Origin: Candidatus Falkowbacteria bacterium RIFOXYA2_FULL_47_19
GTDB lineage: Bacteria; Patescibacteriota; Patescibacteriia; Patescibacteriales; UBA12075
Assembly: GCA_001780275.1 (NCBI GenBank)
Contig: MFGB01000020.1
Span: 168,813-232,812, forward strand
Reading direction: 5' to 3'
DNA length: 64,000 nucleotides
This document shows positions 20,173-29,977 of this stretch, one piece after another. The notes below the pieces were generated by a model. The model had not been told where the DNA came from and did no database searches. It saw nothing but the letters and a program-made list of their open reading frames with translations. A program made the position numbers and the translations under genes. The number at the start of each line of letters is the position of its first letter. Position 1 is the first letter of the stretch.

Positions 20173-20420
20173 GACACATTTCCTCTTTTTTTGTTTGCCG
20201 GATTATTGGTTTTTCAAAGAGCGGTTTTTATCTCCTTTCCGTAACCGCCTTTCTGAATATTAAAAACAGTTAGACAATTTTCGGAATAATGTCTAACTGT
20301 AGCAAATGTTTACTATTTTGTCAATACGCCCTGAATCTATCCTGCCCTACCCACATGGCCTTAAATCAATACCCATAATGCTATTAATAAGTATTGTGCC
20401 GTACACGCAAGGTCTGCTAT

Positions 20421-20906
20421 TTATCCAACAATACGATCAGCGAAATTAATACCATAAAAAGCGAAAAAGGCCAAGGCTGATAAAAAATATAAAATAAAAA
20501 TAATTATAGATCCTGTTATATAAAAAATAAAAAGCTTTTTTTGTCTATTAAAGTCATTGTTTTTTTTCCATAAAAATATTATCTTTAACGAAAATATAAT
20601 GACGACTATAACATTTATTAATATAAGTAGATATGGCCAGTCAAATTTAATATCAAAACAAGTAAAAATATTTATTAAATATTTAAAACTGAAATTATTT
20701 AAAAAAATATTAACTTCGCGCCCGCAATAACCATCTAATAAATATGTAGAATATTTTTTAAGCAAAAGGCTAATATTCATCAACAAATTTAAAACCAACA
20801 CAACGACAAAAAAAACCGTCAGTTTTTTATCTTTTGGCGTAACAATATTTTGCCCGTCTTTGGATTGAAGATTATTTTCCATAACGCTTAAATCTAATAT
20901 TAACAA
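20421..20906 (-). CDS. Hypothetical AT-rich membrane protein
   Basis: About 3 TM segments; much more AT-rich than neighbours; start may be the internal Met. Confidence 0.6.
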   Translation of the reverse strand: MLILDLSVMENNLQSKDGQNIVTPKDKKLTVFFVVVLVLNLLMNISLLLKKYSTYLLDGYCGREVNIFLNNFSFKYLINIFTCFDIKFDWPYLLILINVIVVIIFSLKIIFLWKKNNDFNRQKKLFIFYITGSIIIFILYFLSALAFFAFYGINFADRIVG

Positions 20907-21049
20907 TACTTTAATAATAGCATAAAATAAAAAATTCCGGAAATAATTGCCGGAAAAATCACGGACTTCTGTAACCGGTGAGCCGGTTCGCGTAAACTAA
21001 AAACGCCTGAACCGGCGTAATTCTACGCTCGTCATTTATCATTCGAAAC

Positions 21050-21367
21050 TTACTGGTGCGTCGCGCCGTGCAAGGCGGTAAAGACGAACTGCGTGATTCC
21101 GTAAGCGGAGAGGACGATGATAAGGCCGGTGGTCGCGTTAGTGAGCACCTGTTTCGCTTTATATATCTTCGGTTCGTTTCCGGCCGAGGTCATCCAGAGA
21201 TAGCCGCCGTAAATAATAAGGCAGAGGAAAATAATTCCGAGAAGCGACAAAAAAACGCCGATGATGGCGCCGATGATCTCAGGGATGCTTTTCGGATCGG
21301 CAAAACCCGCGGCCTTAGCCGTGGCTTCAAGATATTCGAAAATCTTGTTTCTCAAGTCGAAGTCCAT
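21050..21367 (-). CDS. TrbC/VirB2-like pilin (CPR type)
   Basis: LIIYGGYLWMTSAGN...KAKQVLTNATTGLIIVLSAY. Confidence 0.85.
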   Translation of the reverse strand: MDFDLRNKIFEYLEATAKAAGFADPKSIPEIIGAIIGVFLSLLGIIFLCLIIYGGYLWMTSAGNEPKIYKAKQVLTNATTGLIIVLSAYGITQFVFTALHGATHQ

Positions 21368-21384
21368 ATTTTTTTAACTCATAC

Positions 21385-24075
21385 CTACCTGGCGCCGAAT
21401 TTTTCTACCACTTTACCGGCATCCTCCAGTTTTATTGATAAGAGCTTAGAAACGCCGTCATCGCCCATCGTGATGCCGTAAAGGATATTGGCGCGGCGCA
21501 TGCTGGCGCGGTTGTGGGTTATGACGATGAACTGGGTTTTATGGGAGAGGTCGTCCAATATCCGGGCCAGGCGTTCCGAATTAGCTTCGTCCAGGGCCGC
21601 GTCCACTTCATCCAAGACCACGAAAGGCGAGGGGTTGGCGCTTATGATCGCGCAGATCAGGGCGATCGCGGTCAAGGCGCGTTCGCCGCCGGAAAGCATC
21701 GTTACCGTCTGGATCTTTTTTCCCGGGGGTGTCGCCTGGATCTCGATCCCGGCCAGGCCGGTCGCGTTGTGTTTCTGTAGGAATTTTATTTTCTTAAGGT
21801 CGGCCGCGGTTTTATCGGTAAAGGCGTCCTTATTATCTTTTTCCTTGCCTTCTTCCCCCTCGTTACCGGCCGCCGGCGCCTCATCCTTTTCCTCCTCTTC
21901 GATCACCTTGACTATCTTAGCCTGGCCGCCGTTAAAGAGGATCTTGAAATATTCCTGGAATTTTTCCGCGATCAGCTTGAATTCCTTGTCGAATTTTTCC
22001 TTGATCGTGATATCAAGCTCTTTGATTATCTTCTGGAGCGAATCGATGGCGCCGGTAAGATCGTTTACCTGCCCGGAAAGAAAATCATATCTTTCTTTGG
22101 TTTCTTTATATTCTTCCTCCACCTGCGGGTCGATCCCGCCGATCAACTCAAGCTGCCTTTTTAATTGCTTGATCTTTTCGTGAGCGGCTTCCAGTCCGAA
22201 AACCTCTCCCTCCGACAAAGATGATCGGAAATTCTTTATCTTTTCCATTCCGCCGAGCTCTTCCCGAATTTCTATTTCTAGGCTTTCCAGCCGCGTCTCA
22301 TAGCGGGTGGAATTTATCTTGTGTTCGTTTAATTGGTTGTTCATGAGATTGATCTCGTTCTGGAGTTCCTGCAGATTTTTTTGAAGAGAAAAAAGCCGTC
22401 GCCTTTTTTCCTCTTCCGCCGCGCTTAAGGCCGCGATCTTTTCTTTTATGATCCGGATCCTGTCTTCGACCGAAGCAAGCTCCTCCTCGAGGCCGGTTTT
22501 TTCATTTTCCGTTTCCCGGAAGTCGATATTGCCGGAAGCCTGTTTTATCTTATTCTCGATCGCCGCCGTTTCGCTTTCAAGTCCCCTGTTTTTTTCTTCG
22601 AGAAGCTTTACCCGCTCGGCGCGAGCCGAAACGCGCAGATTGTTTTCATTTATTCTTTTAAGTATCTCTTCTTTCTTTTGGGCCAGCACGTTTAAGGATT
22701 CGTGGATCTCCGCGAAATGTTTCTCTTTCTTTTCGCCGTTTTTTTCGGAGTTAGCGCCATCGAGGATGGCGCTGATCTCATTTTTTATTTCGGCTATCAG
22801 TTTTTTTACGGCATCAAGGTCTGTTTCCGCTTCTATCCGTCCGATCTTTTCTAGGATGCCGCGCAGCCGGTCGTCGCCCCGGAATCTTCCGGTGCTCTCC
22901 GCGCTTTTCCCGACCTCGGCCATCAGGGCGTTAAGACGGTCTATCTCGCGGTCTATCCCGGCTTTTTCCGCAGTAAGTTCCGTGCCGCGGGCGCTGTCGG
23001 GGGACATGGCGTTTTTCAGGGAAACGATCTCTTTCCCGATCGCGCCGATCTCGTTTTTAAGTTCGCCTTTTTTAGAAACAAGGAAAGAAAGATCGAATTG
23101 TCCGCCGGCCTCAAGTTTCATTTCCATCTGCGCATCCAGGCGCGCCAGTTTTCTGTTTATCCCTTCTTTGGCAAGCTGTTCCCGGTTAAGGTCGCTTTCG
23201 AGAGCGGAATATTCGCTTCCGGTTCCGCCCTCCTCTTTCATTTTCTCCAGGTCGTGGTTAAGGCCGGAGAGTTTTTTTTCTTTACCCAGCTTAATCTTCT
23301 CAAGTTCCAGGAAGCGGTTATTATAATCGGAAAACTTATCGTTTATGTCGTGCCAGACCCGGCCGTAGTATTCGATCTGGAGCGCCCGCAACTCGGTTTC
23401 GGCCTCGCCCCGTTTTTGCAGGCGGCTTACCTGCCGCGTCAGGCTTTTAAGACGCGGTTCGATCTCGGTAATGAGCATTCCTGCCTGGGTCAGGTTCTCG
23501 TAGCTGCCCCGGAGTTTATTCAAGGACTCGTCTCTTTTTATCTGGTATTGCCTGACACCAGTGGCCTCGTCGAAGAACTCCTTGCGTTCGGCTAAAGTAG
23601 TATTCAGGAAGCCTTCGACCATGCCCTGCCCGATCACGCTGTAGGTCTTCTGTCCGAAGCTGGCCTTGGCCAGAAGCATCTGGATATCGGAAAGGCGTAC
23701 GCGGTTGTTGTTGATCATGTATTCGGAGTCGCCGTTCCGGTAAAGCCGGCGAGTCAAAACGACTTCCGAAAAATCGATCGGCGCCTTGCGGTCCTCGTTA
23801 TTTAGAAAAAGTGATACCTCCGCCATGCCGAGCTTACCCTTCTTGTCCGATCCGGAAAAGATAATGTCCTCGGATTTTTTACCCCTGAGGGTTTTCATGC
23901 TTTGTTCGCCCAAAGCCCAGCGGACCGCATCGGCCACGTTCGATTTTCCCGATCCGTTCGGTCCGACCACGGCGGTTATCCCGCGCCGGCTCTGGTCGAG
24001 CATGCCGGGAAACAAAAGAACGTTCTTGTTGGCGAACGATTTAAAGCCTAAAATTTCCAATTTTTCCAAATACAT
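21385..24075 (-). CDS. smc: SMC-family chromosome segregation ATPase (short, no recognisable hinge)
   Basis: MYLEKLEILGFKSF, GPNGSGKSN, IGQG, LSGGE, VVLDEVDAALD and ITHN. Confidence 0.92.
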   Translation of the reverse strand: MYLEKLEILGFKSFANKNVLLFPGMLDQSRRGITAVVGPNGSGKSNVADAVRWALGEQSMKTLRGKKSEDIIFSGSDKKGKLGMAEVSLFLNNEDRKAPIDFSEVVLTRRLYRNGDSEYMINNNRVRLSDIQMLLAKASFGQKTYSVIGQGMVEGFLNTTLAERKEFFDEATGVRQYQIKRDESLNKLRGSYENLTQAGMLITEIEPRLKSLTRQVSRLQKRGEAETELRALQIEYYGRVWHDINDKFSDYNNRFLELEKIKLGKEKKLSGLNHDLEKMKEEGGTGSEYSALESDLNREQLAKEGINRKLARLDAQMEMKLEAGGQFDLSFLVSKKGELKNEIGAIGKEIVSLKNAMSPDSARGTELTAEKAGIDREIDRLNALMAEVGKSAESTGRFRGDDRLRGILEKIGRIEAETDLDAVKKLIAEIKNEISAILDGANSEKNGEKKEKHFAEIHESLNVLAQKKEEILKRINENNLRVSARAERVKLLEEKNRGLESETAAIENKIKQASGNIDFRETENEKTGLEEELASVEDRIRIIKEKIAALSAAEEEKRRRLFSLQKNLQELQNEINLMNNQLNEHKINSTRYETRLESLEIEIREELGGMEKIKNFRSSLSEGEVFGLEAAHEKIKQLKRQLELIGGIDPQVEEEYKETKERYDFLSGQVNDLTGAIDSLQKIIKELDITIKEKFDKEFKLIAEKFQEYFKILFNGGQAKIVKVIEEEEKDEAPAAGNEGEEGKEKDNKDAFTDKTAADLKKIKFLQKHNATGLAGIEIQATPPGKKIQTVTMLSGGERALTAIALICAIISANPSPFVVLDEVDAALDEANSERLARILDDLSHKTQFIVITHNRASMRRANILYGITMGDDGVSKLLSIKLEDAGKVVEKFGAR

Positions 24076-24174
24076 ATAAATCAAACGAAAACAGGTTTAT
24101 CCGACCCGTTATATTATATTATACTATAATTCGGGAAAATAAAAAAGTTAGCTTTAAAAGCTAACGTTTTCCGT

Positions 24175-24552
24175 TTATTCGGGGCAATGTTTATTGCGGC
24201 CCAGGGGCGTATGTCCGACCATTCGATAGCGGATAATGGCAATTTTTTCGTTTTTAGTCAAGTTGGGGTAGTATTTTTTAAGATCCAAGAACGCTTCTTC
24301 GCGGTTTATATATCCGTCTTCCCGCGCTGTTTGGTCGGGTAAATCACGGAACGGCACCGTTTCGGTGTCGGCAATAATTTGGAGCAGCATGTCATAACCG
24401 TTCAGGAATTCGCCGATCACAAGTTCGTCTTTTTTAAAATCGTGTGCTTCCGGCCGATATTTACGGATAGTGATCTGTTTTATTCCCGATAGCGACGGCT
24501 CTAAGTGCTCTCCGGCAAAAACCAGAACTTTATGTGAATCGCGATATGACAC
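24175..24552 (-). CDS. ASCH/PUA-like domain protein
   Basis: GIKQITIR...AREDGY...LKKYYP; GTG start with SD AAAGGAGG; own promoter TTGACT..TATAAT. Confidence 0.75.
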   Translation of the reverse strand: MSYRDSHKVLVFAGEHLEPSLSGIKQITIRKYRPEAHDFKKDELVIGEFLNGYDMLLQIIADTETVPFRDLPDQTAREDGYINREEAFLDLKKYYPNLTKNEKIAIIRYRMVGHTPLGRNKHCPE

Positions 24553-24888
24553 AGGAAGGACCTCCTTTTCGTTTGTTTTTTAAATTTTTAAAATTTTGTA
24601 CTTATATTATAAGCCAATCAAGTAAAAAGTCAATCGGATATAAAAACACCGCTTATGGAGTCCGGCGGTGTTTTAGTAGCATCCCCATGCTTTGCGTCGC
24701 CAGCCGGACGGCTGGTGAAGCAAAGAAGAGGAGGCTGCGTAAGTGGTTGGCAGATTTATAGTTATTCTGCGACTGACGCAGCCATGATTTTGAGGGTGTT
24801 CCTCTTGCAAAGAACCAGATATGAAGATTTTACGTGCGGCGCTAAAGTCTTGGCCGCATTATTTTTTCAGATAATAAACGATCGTTTA

Positions 24889-24931
24889 TTAACTGGTTTC
24901 AGTCCGCTTCAGACGGACTGAAACCAGTTAA
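24889..24931. terminator. 18-bp perfect hairpin terminator
   Basis: ttaactggtttcagtccg-cttcaga-cggactgaaaccagttaa. Confidence 0.8.
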
Positions 24932-24935
24932 AAAA

Positions 24936-25169
24936 TTACGCGTTACGCGCGAAAGAACGGAGATTATCCAGTTTTTCGCTCAACAGATCAACCTGGAGAT
25001 AGTTTTCGCTGGAGTTTTCCAATATATAGATATTATTATGCTGATTCAGGATTCGAGATTTTTGTATCGAGGTGTGCAGTAAATTCAGCGAAAAAGCGCC
25101 GCCGGCAACAATAAAAAAAGCAATGGACATGCTTAGTAAGAATCCAGACCAGCTGAATTCCTGTTCCAT
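24936..25169 (-). CDS. Small single-pass membrane protein
   Basis: MEQEFSWSGFLLSMSIAFFIVAGG...; promoter TTGACA-17-TACAAT at ~25298-25326. Start may be further upstream (25259). Confidence 0.6.
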   Translation of the reverse strand: MEQEFSWSGFLLSMSIAFFIVAGGAFSLNLLHTSIQKSRILNQHNNIYILENSSENYLQVDLLSEKLDNLRSFARNA

Positions 25170-25512
25170 TGCCTTCTTTTTTATTTTATTGTAATATCGC
25201 CAGCTGATATGACCGATAAAAAGGGTGTCAGTCCGGGATATTGAGGCTACTGCGTTCATTTTTGTTTGTGTTTTTGTATTTTTTGATTATCTATTCTCAT
25301 TGTAGCAAAATCCGGAGATTTTGTCAATCCTTAATACTGGGGATAAGTGATGTTTTTTGCTTGTTATTAGTTAAATTTTTACAAATACGATTACGACAAC
25401 GGCTACAGCCGGCATATTTTTAAGATCTTTTAAAAATTGACAAATATCGATAATGTGTTAAATTGTGGTCACTGACTATTTAAATAAATAGATTTAACAA
25501 TGGAGGTGCGAT

Positions 25513-26247
25513 GTGCCGATCATCGGTTTAACGAGCGGATTTGCTTATGAAACCGTACCGCCGGTATCGCCGCGGGCGCTCAGGCTTTGCCGCCGGGTGG
25601 GTTGCCGGGCCGTAGAGATCAATTGCGTCGGGGGAAAAGCGGAGGCAGAAAGGCTTGACGATATTGACTTGTCCGACGTACGGGCGTTCGACCACGTTTC
25701 TATCCACGCTCCCTGCCGCAACACGAGATTTGCCGACGATCAGGCCACGAGAGACCTGCTCGGCAAGATCGAAAGGGCCTGCGCGCGGCTTCGAATCGAT
25801 CTGGTCGTGTTCCATCCGGACCTGATCGACGACTGGAACGTTTTTTCGGAATTTGATATTCCGATCGCCATCGAGAATCTTGATAACCGCAAGAAAAGCT
25901 ACCGAGACGTTTGCGACCTTAAAAGCGCTTTCGATAAATTCGACTGCCGCTTCGTCCTTGACATCAATCATTGCTTCGCCAACGATCCGACCCTTAAACT
26001 GGCCTCGGAGATGATCAGGGTTTTCGGCGACCGTCTGGCAGAGATCCATGTAAGCGGTTATCAGGGATATCACGAGCTTCTTTACAGGACGAAGCAGACG
26101 AAAATACTGGATGCGATCTATACTCTGGACGCGCCGATGATTATCGAGAGCGCGTGCCCGGACCCCGAACGGGACGCGCGCAAAGAGCTTAATTATATAA
26201 AAAAGTATTTCAGGAAAAAAGACAGGCGCGAGCGTCGTTGGATGTAA
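25513..26247 (+). CDS. Xylose-isomerase-like TIM-barrel protein (sugar phosphate isomerase/AP endonuclease 2 family)
   Basis: SIHAP, VVFHPD, IAIEN, VLDINH and EIHVS metal ligands; GTG start with SD GGAGGT. Confidence 0.8.
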   Translation: MPIIGLTSGFAYETVPPVSPRALRLCRRVGCRAVEINCVGGKAEAERLDDIDLSDVRAFDHVSIHAPCRNTRFADDQATRDLLGKIERACARLRIDLVVFHPDLIDDWNVFSEFDIPIAIENLDNRKKSYRDVCDLKSAFDKFDCRFVLDINHCFANDPTLKLASEMIRVFGDRLAEIHVSGYQGYHELLYRTKQTKILDAIYTLDAPMIIESACPDPERDARKELNYIKKYFRKKDRRERRWM

Positions 26248-26423
26248 AAATAAAAAAATAATTCTGACCGCGTACCACGCGGTCTTTTTAATTTTCGTCA
26301 TCGTGATCGGATATCCATAATGCGTAAATATTACTCTCTAACGAACATTTTAAATTTCCCCGCCCTATCACGGAATAACGGAAAACAAAAACGGTTCCTG
26401 TTTAGGAACCGTTATTTCGTTTT

Positions 26424-26807
26424 TTATAGATCTTTGGTTTTTTCCGCCAGATAGCGGATCACGTTCATGAAGCCCTTTCCCGGAACGACCTTCGCGCCGT
26501 TATTGATCAGGACGATTTTTTTCTTGTATCCGAGCAGTTCGATCAGCATGAACGCGCCGCCCAGGTCGAAGTGCGAACCGGTCGAGGACGGATCGTACCA
26601 TATATGGATCTCGTCGCACGCGAGGATCGCATTCAGATTATCCCGGCAAATCCGGTCCCCGATCGGGTCCGTCTGATCGGTGTCGCGCGGCGGCCAGTGC
26701 GCTCGATAGCCTTTTTGCTCCAACCCATCGATATAATCATTTATTTTCGCCGACGTATCCTTGTCGGCGTCGCGGACCGGACAGATCACGAAGATTTTTT
26801 TCATCAA
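26424..26807 (-). CDS. Nucleoside 2-deoxyribosyltransferase-like protein
   Basis: KIFVICPVR...DNLNAILACDEIHIWYDPSSTGSHFDLGGAF matches the NDT-like Rossmann fold. Confidence 0.65.
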   Translation of the reverse strand: MMKKIFVICPVRDADKDTSAKINDYIDGLEQKGYRAHWPPRDTDQTDPIGDRICRDNLNAILACDEIHIWYDPSSTGSHFDLGGAFMLIELLGYKKKIVLINNGAKVVPGKGFMNVIRYLAEKTKDL

Positions 26808-28741
26808 ATACCCTCCTTAGTTGTCCGGCTTTCGTTTGCCGGATCCTTCCAGGCATCGTGAATTGTTTTCGCGATTTTCATTATGTGATAGTTGATCTGT
26901 TTTAATTGCGCGAACAGGTCTTTGTGGAGTTCGTCGGTTTCCCTTGATTCGATCCGGCCCTGTTTTAGCCTTGCCAGATGAAGATTCTGGAGGGCATTTT
27001 CCAGGTTTTTATATTCGATCCTTTTTTCCTCGAACACCTGGCTCGCCCGCTTTACCTCGAGGCCGTCAATGATGCCGATCATCCTTTTAAGCTGCTTGCA
27101 TATCTTGCTATGGAAAAGCATGAGCTCTTCCTTGCCCTCAAGGGAAAAGTCGAATCTGAGATCGCGCTTTTTTTCTTTCAGAAGTTTAGAGAGCATGATC
27201 CGGTGGATGATATCTCCGATCGCCTCGATCTCCTCGGCCGCGATGATCAGGGCCTGGGCCTTGACCGCGCTCGATTCGTCCTTCAATTCCTGCATAATTA
27301 TTTTAAGGAGGTATTCCTTCGTTTCCTGCTCCATTTCGTCAATGGCGTTTTCGCGTCTGGTTATTCCTTCTAAAAGCGTCCAGCCGGGATATTCCTCGTC
27401 TTCTTTGGGGATAGCTTTTATGAAGGCCTCCCTTTCTTCAAAAGAGAGGGCGAGGTCCCGGCGTATAAATTTTTCGTCCGATATGAAGGGGATAATGATG
27501 GCGGAAAGCATCCGATTGACGAGCTTAAGCATCTCTACGGTTCTTTTTCTTACCTGGTCCAGAGCGGTATCGGTCATGCTGTTCTTGATAAAACCCACAT
27601 CCAGCCCGGTATTGATGAGCTTTACCTCCTTTTCGTTCTCCCTGATCGGCAGGAGCCGATAGACGATCTTCGGGAAAAGAGGCGCCAGTTTTATGAAAGG
27701 CAGGAACGCCAAAGACATGATAACGTTGAAAATCGTATGCGCGGCCGCCGCCTGCTCTCCCGGAGAAAGAACCAGACGGATGCTAACAACCTCGGTCAGC
27801 CGGATGAATTGCGGAATGAAAAAGAAGAACAGGGCTACACCCGCCACCTTAAAGAGAACATGGGCCAAGGCGACGCGTTTGGCATCGCGTGAATATTTGA
27901 CGGAAGCGATGACGATCGGCAGGCAGCTGCCGATATTAGTTCCCAGGATAAAGGGGACGGCGGTCCCGAGAGTGATGAGACCGCTTGACGCCAGGACCAC
28001 TACCATGCCGGTCGTGGCGCTTGAAGACATAGTGGCCGCGGTCAAAGACGCGCCCAGAAGTATCCCGAGCGCCCAGCCGGTATAGGGCGTTTCGATGAGA
28101 TGAACGAAAGAATTAATATGGGCGTCATTTTGAAGCGGTTTCATGGCCGCGCTCATCGCTTCAATTCCGAGAAAAAGCGCGCCAAAACATATTAATGCCA
28201 TGCTCAGGTATTTTATCTTCGTTCCCCGGAAGGCCAGTATCAAAAACCCTAAGCCGATCGCTGCCCAGGGAAGGCCGGAGATTTTCATCGAAACCAGCCA
28301 GGCGGTTATCGTCGTGCCGATATCGGCACCCAGGATAACGCCAAGGGTCTGGACGAAAGTCATCATGCGCGCCTGCACGAACGATAAAAGGATTATGATC
28401 GTACCCGCCGACGTTTGGATTATGGCCGTAACCAGACCGCCGGCCAAAAGACCCTTGCCCGGGCTTGTCGTTATGGCCGACAAAACGGATCTCATGGATT
28501 CGCCGGCGCATTTTTGCAGACTTCGGCTCATGTATTCAAGTCCGGTCAGAAAAAGGGCCAGACCCCCGAAGAACATATTGAAAAGCACCAGTTTTTTCCA
28601 GACGTATTCCTGTCCATAGTAAAGTAGCGGAGAAAAAAGATTAAAAAGCACGAAGAATACCAGCAAGGAAGCCAGCGGTTCTTTGAATTTTATTCCGACA
28701 GACAGACACCTGTTCCCCATTACCGCAAAAAGTTTTTTCAT
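26804..28741 (-). CDS. Na/Pi cotransporter family protein with PhoU-like C-terminus
   Basis: VTAIIQTSAGT, GADIGTTITAWL, SSSATTG and GTNIGSC repeats; helical C-terminus with EAIGD. Confidence 0.9.
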   Translation of the reverse strand: MKKLFAVMGNRCLSVGIKFKEPLASLLVFFVLFNLFSPLLYYGQEYVWKKLVLFNMFFGGLALFLTGLEYMSRSLQKCAGESMRSVLSAITTSPGKGLLAGGLVTAIIQTSAGTIIILLSFVQARMMTFVQTLGVILGADIGTTITAWLVSMKISGLPWAAIGLGFLILAFRGTKIKYLSMALICFGALFLGIEAMSAAMKPLQNDAHINSFVHLIETPYTGWALGILLGASLTAATMSSSATTGMVVVLASSGLITLGTAVPFILGTNIGSCLPIVIASVKYSRDAKRVALAHVLFKVAGVALFFFFIPQFIRLTEVVSIRLVLSPGEQAAAAHTIFNVIMSLAFLPFIKLAPLFPKIVYRLLPIRENEKEVKLINTGLDVGFIKNSMTDTALDQVRKRTVEMLKLVNRMLSAIIIPFISDEKFIRRDLALSFEEREAFIKAIPKEDEEYPGWTLLEGITRRENAIDEMEQETKEYLLKIIMQELKDESSAVKAQALIIAAEEIEAIGDIIHRIMLSKLLKEKKRDLRFDFSLEGKEELMLFHSKICKQLKRMIGIIDGLEVKRASQVFEEKRIEYKNLENALQNLHLARLKQGRIESRETDELHKDLFAQLKQINYHIMKIAKTIHDAWKDPANESRTTKEGI

Positions 28742-28934
28742 GTCCCCCCGCGTAAATTTATTTAATTTTCAAGGTCCGTTAATTTAACCTATTTTCCATG
28801 AATTTTCCCACAGTTAAGCGCGCAAGTCAATCAATTAGTCAACGATTCGCGTTTGTAATACTTTATATTGACAATTTCCATAATATCAGCTAATATTCAA
28901 ATAAGCTTAATTATTAATAAAAATACGCATTTTT

Positions 28935-29315
28935 ATGCTAACTATAAGACTTTCAAGAATCGGAAAAAGGAAAAAGCCGATGTATCGCCTGATAATTTCA
29001 GAAAAATCCAGAGATCCGTATGGGCGTTCTTTGGAAATATTGGGTTCATACAATCCGTTCACTAAGGAATTACAGGCTCATAAAGAGCGGATAGAATATT
29101 GGTTAAGTAAAGGCTCGGGCATGTCTCCGACTGTTAATAATCTTTTGATAGATAAAGGATTAATAACGGGTGAAAAAGTTATAGCTTCTGGCTCCGGTAA
29201 AAAAGCGGCTGAAGCGGCCAGAGCGGCCGCCAAGGAGGCCTCTAAACCGGCTGCTGAAGTCAAAGCGGAGGATAAACCGGCAGAAAAAATAGAAAATACT
29301 GAAAATAAAAGCTAG
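28935..29315 (+). CDS. rpsP: 30S ribosomal protein S16
   Basis: MLTIRLSRIGKRKKPMYR...EILGSYNP. Confidence 0.97.
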   Translation: MLTIRLSRIGKRKKPMYRLIISEKSRDPYGRSLEILGSYNPFTKELQAHKERIEYWLSKGSGMSPTVNNLLIDKGLITGEKVIASGSGKKAAEAARAAAKEASKPAAEVKAEDKPAEKIENTENKS

Positions 29316-29547
29316 TGTTAAATAAAAAAATTGATATATTAAGTTTTTATTTGACAAAATATATATATTGTGATATTATATAAAGTATAGTCAAGCCGAT
29401 TCCTGAATTTAAGGACCGGCGACAGATTATATAAATAATCCGCCATTTTAATTAATAAGCGGGTTATGAATAATTAATTAACGAGGTCTTTCAAATTTGG
29501 TATTATAGAAAAATCTAGATTATCAATTTGGAAGAAATCGCAACCTT

Positions 29548-29880
29548 ATGGCTGCTGACAAAGCACAGGACCAGGATTTCCTGGAATTCGTAGTCAAATC
29601 CATCGTAGCCAATCCTAACGATGTCACTACGGAAAGAGTAGTAGATGAAAGAGGTGTTCTTTTATCGTTATCGATTAACCCGGCTGATATGGGTTATGTA
29701 ATCGGTCGCAGAGGTCAAACTGCGCAGGCCATACGCACTTTACTTAAAATCGTAGGTGCTAAAAACAACGCCCGGGTAAATTTAAAGATCAATGAACCCG
29801 AAGGATCACAAAGGCCGCCGCGTCGCGAACGCGCCACCGCTGAAGTCGATACTACCAGCGTTGACGACCTGAAGATTTAA
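29548..29880 (+). CDS. khpA: KH-domain RNA-binding protein KhpA
   Basis: [20 protein letters not shown]; position after rpsP. Confidence 0.92.
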   Translation: MAADKAQDQDFLEFVVKSIVANPNDVTTERVVDERGVLLSLSINPADMGYVIGRRGQTAQAIRTLLKIVGAKNNARVNLKINEPEGSQRPPRRERATAEVDTTSVDDLKI

Positions 29881-29977
29881 TATCAAACAAATCAAATATA
29901 TCAAAAACCACAGTTATGCTGTGGTTTTTGGTTTTTGTGGTATAATATATAAAGTGTTCCACAAGAAATATCAAGCT

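Noticed and set aside
20940..21045. Small hairpins and a 27-codon minus ORF downstream of the pilin
   Set aside because: No promoter or SD support; explicable as 3' UTR/terminator structure.
24534..24921. Plus-strand ORFs 24534-24761 and 24655-24921, and a tmRNA-like reading of this region
   Set aside because: The ORFs cross hairpins and lack SDs or motifs. There is no tRNA-like acceptor stem, T-loop or valid tag peptide.
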